Of a stretch of 34,047 nucleotides of DNA, positions 11,017 to 19,756 are shown piece by piece. The DNA comes from Octopus bimaculoides (lineage: Eukaryota): assembly GCF_001194135.2 (NCBI RefSeq), contig NC_068990.1:72426191-72460237 (forward strand), in the 5' to 3' direction. The notes under the pieces were generated by a model. That model worked only from the letters and a program-made list of their open reading frames with translations. It did not search any database and was not told the DNA's origin. Made by a program: the position numbers and the translations under genes. The first letter of the stretch is position 1, and every line of letters begins with the position of its first letter.

Positions 11017-11195
11017 CCGGAGTAAGCACATAAATGTGCAACAAGGTGGAAAAAAGAGTACTCAAATACCAGAGGTAGAGTAATATGCTTTATTTAAAAG
11101 CAGTTTTGTTAAAAGCAAAACTGTCCAATGAACGGGAACGTGAAACTCCGAGTAACAGTTTTTTGTTATATTTCTGCTGCTTTTAAATAAAGTAT
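11017..11195 (+). mobile_element. Short non-autonomous cassette in a TA-rich array, with inverted arms and a hammerhead fold (probable PLE pLTR derivative)
   Basis: TA-rich simple repeats on both sides; 11085-11103 is the reverse complement of 11177-11195 (1 mismatch in 19); contains the ribozyme fold below. Confidence 0.65.
11117..11162 (+). ncRNA. Minimal type I hammerhead ribozyme fold (core variant CCAAUGA)
   Basis: Helix I AAAACTGT/ACAGTTTT (8 bp perfect); core CCAATGA; helix II ACG-GGAA-CGT; GAAA; helix III ACTC-C-GAGT; cleavage triplet GUA (11152-11154). Confidence 0.8.
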
Positions 11196-11463
11196 ATATA
11201 TATATATGTCTACACATACATGTTTAACAGAGGGATAAATAACTCCCTGTTAAAATCCATTAATGTTATATCACCTGAAGAAATGAATCCATGAAGGTGA
11301 TCAACCCAATGCCTATGGATTCTATTCTACAGACTACATTGTAATCATCCCAGGAATATGGATTATGTTCTTAGGAGACATGTGATCTATAGAAACATGC
11401 ATAGCAATGCATTAAATATTTATAAATTCCATCCAAGGATTATTGATGTTATTGCTAGGTTTT

Positions 11464-11772
11464 GCCAGTACCGCCTGATTGGCTCCCGTAGGATTTTCGA
11501 GTGAGATCGTTGCCAGTGCCCCTGGACTGGCTTGTGCGGGTGGCACATAAAAGACACCATTTCGAGCGTGGCTGTTTTTGTGCGGGTGACACGTAAAAGC
11601 ACCCACTACACTCTCTGAGTGGTTGGCGTTAGGAAGGGCATCCAGCTGTAGAAACTCTGCCAAATTAGATTGGAGCCTGGTGTTGCCATCCGGTTTCACC
11701 AGTCCTCAGTCAAATGGTCCAACCCATGCTAGCATGGAAAGCGGACGTTAAACGATGATGATGATGATGATG
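11464..11772 (+). mobile_element. Young RTE-tailed non-autonomous retroposon with internal subrepeats and (GAT)n tail
   Basis: Ends CCAACCCATGCTAGCATGGAAAGCGGACGTTAAACGATGATGATG, homologous to the 3' end of the RTE at 27060-27197; many CpGs retained. Confidence 0.85.
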
Positions 11773-12171
11773 AACTCGATGCAACCCCAAAAACTGGTTC
11801 ACCAATCAGCATCATTAAACTGTGGCCAGCATAATGCAACAGGAGCTTTATTTACATATCTAAAATGTTTCCCATAAACAAATGCAAAAGATATGTGTGT
11901 GTGTGTGTGTATGTGTATGATTATGTGTATACACTTACATATATATGTGTATATGTCGATATGCATGCATACATATACATGCATATATATATATATACAT
12001 ATATAATATATATATATATATATANNNNNNNNNNNNNNNNNNNNNNNNNNNNNNNNNNNNNNNNNNNNNNNNNNNNNNNNNNNNNNNNNNNNNNNNNNNN
12101 NNNNNNNNNNNNNNNNNNNNNNTATATGAAGCGAGAAAGGTAAATAAATAGACATTGACACATAAATTTAT

Positions 12172-12414
12172 ATCATCATCATCATTTTAATGTTCACTTT
12201 TCCATGCTTGCTCATTTTAAATGGAATCCAATGAAGCAGATTTTCTGAAGCTCAATGAAGCTCCTTCTCATTGTCGATCCTCATCTATTTCCAAGCAAAG
12301 CAATGTTTTTTGCCATGGCTGGGCATGTTTTTGTCATGGAAAATTGGAAATGAATAATGCTACTTGCACGAGCATGACACTCATTTCCAATATATCGTTT
12401 GCTGTCAAGACAAA

Positions 12415-12415
<1 letters not shown>
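12172..12415 (-). mobile_element. Second RTE-tailed retroposon family, minus-strand copy
   Basis: CATCATCATTTTAATGTTCACTTTTCCATGC is a reverse-complement RTE-type tail; the body is similar to 12606-12750. Confidence 0.65.
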
Positions 12416-12457
<42 letters not shown>

Positions 12458-12605
12458 ACATGCATACTATATATGGACATATTTATTGTGAAAGCATGTC
12501 TGGTCTCCTTGACATGCTTTGACATGTTGTGCAATGCTTGTCAATAAAAGACTCATAAACTCTGTGTAAGCAAGCGTGGGCTGTTCATTTTTTTAATAGG
12601 GTGAA

Positions 12606-12750
12606 GTATCATTACCTTGTGTGGGAGCAGGCAAGGGTTGGCCTGAGGAAGAGCACCCAGTTGAAAAGACTCCAATAACGCCTTCTCTGACCCATGTGAG
12701 CATGGAAATGTGGACATTAAAATGATTTTAATATGATGATGATGATGATG
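12606..12750 (+). mobile_element. Same RTE-tailed family, plus-strand 3' fragment
   Basis: CTCTGACCCATGTGAGCATGGAAATGTGGACATTAAAATGAT followed by (GAT)n. Confidence 0.7.
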
Positions 12751-12903
12751 ATGACAACGATGATGACAAGGATGGTGTTAGTGATGGCGGTAGTGTTGAT
12801 GATGATGATGGTGGTAGTGATGATGGTGGTGGTGGTGATGGTGGTGGTGATGGTGGTGGTGATGGTGGTGGTGGTGGCGATGATAACGATGATGATGATG
12901 ATA
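12733..12903. repeat. (GAT)n/(GGT)n compound microsatellite
   Basis: Direct reading. Confidence 0.9.
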
Positions 12904-12906
12904 ATG

Positions 12907-13062
12907 GGCTCCTTTCAGTTTCTATCTTCCAAATTCATCCATAAGGCTTTGGTGATGCTGGAGCTGCAGTAAAAGACAAATGCCCAAGGTGCCAAGCAGT
13001 GGGAGTAAGCTTAAAACTTTCTGGTTTGAAAGTGAGCTTCTCAATTACACAACCACCAAGCC
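12907..13062 (-). mobile_element. Diverged tRNA-SINE head
   Basis: CTTTCAGTTTCTATCTTCCAAATT...TAAGGCTTTGG...GCCCAAGGTGCCA is the reverse complement of the head at 33754. Confidence 0.75.
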
Positions 13063-13285
13063 ATGCCTCTATCTATCCATCCATCCATCCATCCATCCAT
13101 CTATATATATATATATAAATATATATAATAATATTCGGGACAAAATCCAAAATTACAGGTAAAAACTCAATTAAAATCAATTTATAAAAAATTAAAATTA
13201 AATTGAGCTTTATTGTTAATTTTTCTATATGTGATAGTGGATTTTCATCGATGAGTTCTTGAAACTTGGTTATTTTCCCTAAAAC

Positions 13286-13320
<35 letters not shown>

Positions 13321-13331
13321 ACAAGTTAACA

Positions 13332-13460
13332 ACATTCATGTATTTACGCTCAAAATAAGATGTCTTATGTTACTACTGTTAATATCATCATTTACAAATA
13401 TTTACCGTAGATGATATTAAAAGTAATGACATCTTATTTCAAGTGTAAATGCTTGAATGT
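13332..13460. repeat. Imperfect palindrome (MITE-like), arms about 50-58 bp
   Basis: CATTCA..ATTTAC..AAATAAGATGTC..TTAATATCATC is mirrored by GATGATATTAA..GACATCTTATTT..GTAAAT..TGAATG around a 20-nt spacer. Confidence 0.75.
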
Positions 13461-13542
13461 CTTTTGCTCATATATATTTTGCACTGTCGGTTCAGCGCAC
13501 AGGCAGATTTATACTGTGATGGACTTAGTGTTTTCATGAGTG

Positions 13543-13601
13543 ACTCATACTGATGAAGGTTGAAGCTCATGGGCCAGAACCCAAAATCATGGTATACAAG
13601 T
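13543..13601 (+). ncRNA. Decayed minimal type I hammerhead ribozyme
   Basis: ACTCATA-CTGATGA-AGGTT..16 nt..AACCC-AAAA-TCATGGT-A-TACAAGT. Five transitions (three at inferred CpGs) restore a 7-bp helix I, a 5-bp helix II, GAAA and a palindromic helix III ACCATGGT. Confidence 0.65.
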
Positions 13602-13786
13602 ATCTGAAGAGCATATTCTTCAAAGGCATGCTTTTTTAATATCTTGATCCTTTGGCCGTTTCCTTGCCTACTTCTGTTTTTCTGTTATTTGGTGCCTTCA
13701 CGCATTGTATATTAGGGATTAAGCTCCTATTTCTAAACAGGTTGATGCTGTTTCCACATTCTTACACCTCGTGCTAACTTTTATAT

Positions 13787-13834
<48 letters not shown>

Positions 13835-13876
13835 CAATGTTAATTCTCTAAATGAAGTATTAACAGTAACTGCACG

Positions 13877-14143
13877 ATAAAGTGTAGTATATTGCCACTT
13901 ACGTGTGGCTGACCCCTAGGGGTGGATGTTACTGTTGCTTTTAACCCCAGGAGGACATCTCCTCCAGTTGGCTTATCGACACACTACTGTGTCCTGTTTG
14001 CCAAGGGAACTTCCCTTTGCAAACAGGACACAGTAGTGTGTTGATAAGCCAGCTGGAGGAGATGTCCTCCTGGGGTTAAAAGCAACAGTAACATCCACCC
14101 CTAGGGGTCAGCCACACTTAAGTGGCAATATACTACACTTTAT
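13877..14143. repeat. 267-bp near-perfect palindrome (133-bp arms, 1-nt spacer at 14010)
   Basis: Base-by-base pairing gives 6 mismatches in 133 (13902, 13962, 13963, 13968, 13978, 14002); the right end runs into (TA)n and another (TA)n lies about 45 bp to the left. Confidence 0.95.
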
Positions 14144-14596
14144 ATATATATATATATATATNNNNNNNNNNNNNNNNNNNNNNNNNNNNNNNNNNNNNNN
14201 NNNNNNNNNNNNNNNNNNNNNNNNNNNNNNNNNNNNNNNNNNNNNNNNNNNNNNNNNNNNNNNNNNNNNNNNNNNNNNNNNNNNNNNNNNNNNNNNNNNN
14301 NNNNNNNNNNNNNNNNNNNNNNNNNNNNNNNNNNNNNNNNNNNNNNNNNNNNNNNNNNNNNNNNNNNNNNNNNNNNNNNNNNNNNNNNNNNNNNNNNNNN
14401 NNNNNNNNNNNNNNNNNNNNNNNNNNNNNNNNNNNNNNNNNNNNNNNNNNNNNNNNNNNNNNNNNNNNNNNNNNNNNNNNNNNNNNNNNNNNNNNNNNNN
14501 NNNNNNNNNNNNNNNNNNNNNNNNNNNNNNNNNNNNNNNNNNNNNNNNNNNNNNNNNNNNNNNNNNNNNNATATATATATATATATGTATATATAT

Positions 14597-14667
<71 letters not shown>

Positions 14668-14847
14668 GATAGATAGATAGATAGATAGAAGCCTGTTATG
14701 TTACCTGAAAAGGTTTCTTCTGCCCTGTGGGGTGCATTCGATTTCATTATATCATTCCCCACTCACTAGGGAGCAGTGCAGAAGTATGCTGAAATGATTG
14801 CTGTGATAAATAATGTTACTAGTACACTCTGTCTTCTGTATCGGTTT

Positions 14848-14912
14848 GTTTGAGTGTAAAACAAGAAGAATATTTGCACTGGATATGGCCAGTTTAAAAG
14901 CTGAAGAGTTAA
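14848..14912 (+). mobile_element. 3' fragment of the piggyBac-type MITE family seen at 29414
   Basis: GTTTGAGTGTAAAACAAG...GGCCAGTTTAAAAGCTGAAGAGTTAA matches 29573-29625. Confidence 0.65.
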
Positions 14913-14929
14913 TGTCCACTTTCAATACT

Positions 14930-15640
14930 GGTATGGCTTGGTCGGTTTGACAGGTGACAGACAGCCAGAGGATTGCATCAAGCACAACTCTGTGCTTTGG
15001 CTTGGTTTCTACAGCTGGATGCCCTTCTTAACACCAATCATAATCCCTTTGCAGAGTGCCTTGGGTGCTTTTTACATGGCACCAGCACCAGAGAGGTCAC
15101 GGTGTTGTGCTAGATAATGAGAGGTTAGAATATGATAGAGGAAAAAAAACGTGTGGCATGTTGTAGAGGAGATATATGGCTGCCCCAGTTGGGAAAGGGA
15201 AGGGGAGAGAGAGAGGGGGAAGAGAGTAAGGAAAATGTGTTGGGGGAATACTCTCAACTTAGAGGAGCGGGAATATATAAGTGAAGTGGTACTGAGGATT
15301 GGATAGGGAGTGTGGACAAGTAAGTTCTGTGAGAGTGCAGATGGAGAGCAGGAGATGGAGTGGCGGTCGGGGGAGGTGCAGTTAGGGAACACAGGTGGAA
15401 GAAGAAGTGGTAGGATGATGAGTTGCAAGGGAAAGGTTTGTTTGTCAAGGATAGACTGTGTGCAGATAAGTTCACAAGGGTGTGAAAGAAGAATGAGAGA
15501 GAGAAAAGAGGGGTATGCTGTGAATGGTGAACATGTGTGGAGAGTAGTGGTGGTGGTGGTGGTGATGGTGATGGGGTCAATTTTGGGAAAATTTCTGCAA
15601 GGGAAAGATTTATCAGAGACAGATAGTGTGCAGGAGAATA
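14930..15640 (-). mobile_element. RTE-tailed element with pyrimidine-rich body
   Basis: GGTTTCTACAGCTGGATGCCCTTCTTAACACCAATCA...GGGTGCTTTTTACATGGCACC is the reverse-complement RTE 3' UTR. The purine-rich stretch to about 15640 is probably its body; that extent is uncertain. Confidence 0.6.
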
Positions 15641-15743
15641 GATATAAATGACATTCTTTTGGGGCCTTAAAACAGAAAATGGTGTATGTACACAGACACA
15701 CATATGCATATGTGTGTATGACTGTGTTTATAGAACAATATTT

Positions 15744-16981
15744 TATTGGGTTGAGTGATAAACAATTTCCAATTTTCTTAAAAATGAAAAAATTATACAA
15801 AGAATTATTTTCAGTTATCAGTATAATTGCCATTATTCTGAATGACCTCTTGCCATTTATCAGGTAGCTTTTTAATTTCTCTAGAGTAAAATTCAGCTGG
15901 CTTCAAAATGAAGAATCTTCCAACATACATCTTTCTTTACTTGATCTTCTTGAGAAATTTTTTTTCAAGAGAACAAAAAAGATGGAAATCAGTTGGTGCA
16001 AGGTCTGGTGAATATAGTGGATGGAGTAGAACAGATCAGCCCAAACCTAATTTTTCATCCTGAGTGATTCTTACTGAATGTGCTCTTGCATTGTCATGGA
16101 GAAGCACAACATTTCTCCTATTGGCGAGTGTAGAGCATTCTCATAAAAGGTTTTCATGTACATATTGTAACTGTTGAAAGTACAGTTGGCATTTAGTGTT
16201 TGATGCGGTTTAAAAACTCAAAATGAATAATACTGTGGTGATTCCACCATACACACAACATAATCTTCCTTTTATGGAGCTCAGCCTTTGAGGTTAGTTG
16301 TGGAGATAGATTTATTCTTGTCAATTCACCACCTTCTGTGATGAATATTGTCATAAAAGACCCATTTTTCATTACCTGTAATAATATTATTGAGAAACAG
16401 GTAATTTCTCTGCCTTGAAAGAAGAATTGTCACTATGGACATACGAACTTCCCTATTCTTTTCACTAACAGTATGGGCAATTGAAGCATCCAGCTTGATG
16501 ACTTTTCCTATCTTTTCCATATGGTGGCAGATGGTGAAATGGGTGTGTTGAGGTCAATTGCTATTTCCCAAGTACTTTTACGAGGATTGAATTCCACTAA
16601 TTCTCTTAAAGCATCTTGATCAAAGTCCGATCAGCATCCTGGTCTGAGTTTGATTTCTCAATGACAAATCTCTGAAACAAAACTTTGAAAACCAATCACG
16701 CACTTGCTGATCATTAATGCTACTTTGGCCATAAACACTGCATATTTCTTAGCTGTTTCAGTAGTGGGTTTTTTTTCCATTCTTAAACTCTCACATCACA
16801 TGTCGAATATGTACTTTAATATTAAACTATGACGTGCATGCTTTCACTGTTTAATATGAATGACAGATGAAGCTCTTTTAAAAACAGTAGTTTCCATTCC
16901 AATTTTAAACATCTGAAGTTCGAAATGCATTGTTACAATTTACTTCCAAACAACGTAAATTATTTATGACTTGACCCAATA
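15744..16981 (-). mobile_element. Full-length decayed mariner transposon with both TIRs and TA ends
   Basis: Left end TATTGGGTTGAGTGATAAACAATTTCC versus right end (reverse complement) TATTGGGTCAAGTCATAAATAATTTAC, 22/27 identical. Pseudo-ORF: HIRHVM*EFKNG...IITGNEKWVFYDN...LLHDNARAH...HPLYSPDLAPTDFHLF...IKKLPDKWQEVIQNNGNY. Confidence 0.92.
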
Positions 16982-17730
16982 GCTGGCTTATCATAAAGTT
17001 ATATCATAATGTTGTGTACTCATTCTCCTTCATGTCACATGGTACACACTGTTGATAAATAGTTGTTATTTCAACTAGTTTGAATAGAAAAAACACAAGT
17101 CAAAATAAATTTGAAACAAAAAATTTTATTGAAATATCGATGTTCGTATGGCATGAACATAACATCAATTGTTTATATTTTATTCTTATATCATTGTTGT
17201 TGTCTTCATTGTTGTAATAGTAGTAGAAGTAGTAGTTGTTGTTGTTCATATCTTTACAAATCTCTGTTTCAGATTGATAGAGATATGACATTCTTCATAT
17301 AGAGTTTCATTTGTTTTGTTTACATGGGAGACCCAACTGTATTGTTGAAAATCATAATCAACATCACTAGTTTTCCACCTATTTCTTCACACACACACAC
17401 ATCTATATGTTGATTCACCAGAAGTGATAGATAACAGGACTCAATACAAATGTAAAGCATTCTTTAATACTCTATAACTGAAAGGCTCTGATTTACAGTA
17501 CTCAGAGTTGCTCATTTCTGACCATCAGCTGGTAAACTGAACCTGTTTTTGTTTTTTTTTAATATCCTCTGTCTAAGTATTTTTTGGAATATGAAAAGAA
17601 AGTTTCATTTAAAAATCTTTGTGAACAACACATACAAAAATGGCTGCTTTAAGTTCTTGCTTTTGATTTCATTTCTAGTTCTCATTGTAATATTATTATA
17701 AATGTCATAAACTTTATACAATCACAGTCA

Positions 17731-17761
<31 letters not shown>

Positions 17762-17789
17762 CATACATACAAACATACATGCATACATA

Positions 17790-18315
17790 TACAGTAATGT
17801 CTCAATGTACGAGTTAATTTGTTCCCAGAGACTGCTCGTAAAGCAAAACTCGTAAAGCAGAGCAATAATTTCCTATATTAGCATTGTTAACAATCATAAT
17901 TTGTTCCCAGAAAAATATTTTACCTATAAAATTTATAATACTCATAAAACAACAGTAGAATGTAAAGAATATTTTATATAAAGTAAAAAAAATGTCAAGA
18001 ACATTTACAATAAATAATATTATTATTATAACACCATCACTTGTAGACGCAGTCACCGATTCACAAGCACCTGTGGACAGACTTGTAGATTTCTTTTTTA
18101 AAAACCAAGTCTTGAGTTGTTTGCTTAGAAGAAGCTTTTTTCGCTCTCTATAATTTTCTTGGTAACATGCAGAAGCATTTGTTATGGTAGTAGAAACTTT
18201 TGCACTTCATTCAAAATTTGTGCTTGAAAAATTCCAGTTCACCATACAAAAGTGAGCTGAAAAATGAAAAATGAAACTTGTAAAGTAGGTCCTTGTAAAG
18301 TGAGGTATTATTGTA
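17790..18315 (-). mobile_element. Tigger/pogo-like non-autonomous DNA transposon
   Basis: TACAGTAATGTCTCAATGTACGAG versus reverse-complement right end TACAATAATACCTCACTTTACAAG, with TA at both ends. The internal minus strand gives ASACYQENYRERKK..KQTTQDLVFKK, like Tigger transposase C-termini. Confidence 0.7.
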
Positions 18316-18611
18316 TATATATATATATATGTATATATATTATATATAAATATATATTATTTTTAGCAAGAGTAGTCATTCTGTCCCTCTTATTTTACTC
18401 AGGCTTGTTAGTAATCCTTTTGCTTTCCTCTGCACTCCTCTGCCATACAACCCTATTCTCATCTCTTACTACCATTTACCCATCCCGCCATCTAGAATCA
18501 TCATTCATTCTCTGTTCTGTTCTCCCTCAGTCACATGGACCACTTTAGGGCCTTAGCCTTGCAAGTTATGAGGCTATCCATCATTAGTGCTGATGTCACA
18601 AAGAAGAAACA

Positions 18612-18714
18612 AACACCTAGTACACTTAGTAAAGTGGCTGGTGTTAGGAAGTGTACTAGGTGTTGGTTATACTAGGTGTTTGCTATACTAGGTGTACTAG
18701 GTGTTTGCTATACT
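18612..18714. repeat. 14-bp fold-back plus iterated TACTAGGTG copies interrupting an RTE 3' UTR fragment
   Basis: 18612-18625 is the exact reverse complement of 18651-18664; TACTAGGTG recurs at 18654, 18670, 18686 and 18695. Confidence 0.85.
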
Positions 18715-19217
18715 GACTTTACAAAGCAAAATAAATCCCACCAAAAAATGAACGTTAAATGGTTTGGCTGCTATTTCTAGTAGACCCAACAATCATGTAG
18801 AGACGCCATAAAAATAAAGTTGACCCTGGTGTGATCTGAACTCAGAATGTAAATAATACCATAAAATATTTTATCTGCTATTTTACTGATTCTACCAAGT
18901 TCCATTGATGGTCACAGTAGGGGATGTGGTGGGGTGGGGTGGGGGAGAGGAAATGGTGACTCAATCAAAAATGTTTTTCTGCATTGTGTTACTGGGCACA
19001 CTACCACACTGACGATGTAAGTGAACCAAACCAGTCCACTGACAATCTTCAGTTAATGAAGCTATTGATGTGGCTGCATTTTAGTGTGTACTTTGGGTTT
19101 TTTGTTTTACCTTTTTGTTTTGTTTTTTTGTTTTTTGTTTTTTGAACGAATTGGAGAGATAGCAATTTTAAGATGTTATTCTAAGCAGTATCGTGGGTTT
19201 TAATATTTGACCATAAT

Positions 19218-19437
19218 AAGGCAGCGGACTTGTAGGATTGTTAGCATGGCAGGCAAAATGCTTAGCAATATTTCATCTGTCTTTATGCTCCAAATTCAAA
19301 TTCTGCTAAGGTTGATTTTACCTTTTATCCTTTTGGGGTCAATAAAATATTTACCAGTCAAGCACTGGGGTTGATGTAATTGACTTAATCCCGTCCCTGA
19401 AACTGCTAGCCTTGTGCGAAAACTTGAAAGTAATAAT
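19218..19437 (+). mobile_element. Second tRNA-derived SINE family (AAGGCGGCG-type head)
   Basis: AAGGCAGCGGACTTGTAGGATTGTTAGC...AATTCAAATTCTGCTAAGGTTGA...CTGGGGTTGATGTAATTGACT; its reverse complement matches 25000-25214. Confidence 0.8.
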
Positions 19438-19445
19438 TAACTGTA

Positions 19446-19756
19446 GGAGTGGCTGTGTGGTAAGTAGCTTGCTTACCAACCACATGGTCCAGGGTTCAGT
19501 CCCACTGTGTGGCATCTTGGGCAAGTGTCTTCTACTATAGCCTCGGGCTGACCAAAGCCTTATCAGTGGATTTGGTAGACGGAAACTGAAAGAAGTCCGT
19601 CGGATATATGTATATATATATATATGTATGTGTGTATGTGTTTGTGTGTCTGTGTTTGTCCCCCCAACATCGCCTGACAACTGATGCTGGTGTGTTTATG
19701 TCCCCGTAACTTAACGGTTCGGCAAAAGAGACCGATAAAATAAGTACTAGGCTTTT
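19446..19756 (+). mobile_element. Young tRNA-derived SINE (octopus OK/OR-like), truncated by a gap
   Basis: GGAGTGGCTGTGTGGTAAGTAGCTTGC...GGTTCAGTCCC...CTTGGGCAAGTGTCTT; very similar to 33754-34047. Confidence 0.9.

Noticed and set aside
11223-11254. Small hairpin TTTAACAG(AG)GGA / TCCCTGTTAAA
   Set aside because: Short, bulged and AT-rich; expected by chance.
11275-11369. Possible minus-strand exon (HNPYSWDDYNVVCRIESIGIGLITFMDSFLQ)
   Set aside because: Donor CAG|GTGATA is plausible, but the acceptor is weak, the better upstream acceptor gives stops in all frames, and I do not recognise the peptide.
13240-13285. TCGATGAGTTCTTGAAAC as another hammerhead
   Set aside because: It has core-like and GAAA motifs, but the flanks (GGATTTTCA / TTTTCCC) cannot form helix I and helix II is minimal.
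13598-13646. CTGAAGA...CAAAGGCATGCTT as a tandem second hammerhead
   Set aside because: The G of GAAA is absent and several extra T residues break helix I spacing; only a small TGAAGA/TCTTCA hairpin is certain.
15072-15833. 253-aa minus-strand ORF
   Set aside because: It crosses a mariner TIR, a microsatellite and a pyrimidine-rich repeat body, so it is a compositional artefact.
17273-17302. Strong acceptor followed by IDRDMTFFI-stop, a possible terminal exon
   Set aside because: Too short to identify, and no partner exons found.
19446-19520. tRNA-like heads of SINEs as tRNA genes
   Set aside because: A and B boxes are present, but there is no complete cloverleaf and each continues into a SINE body.
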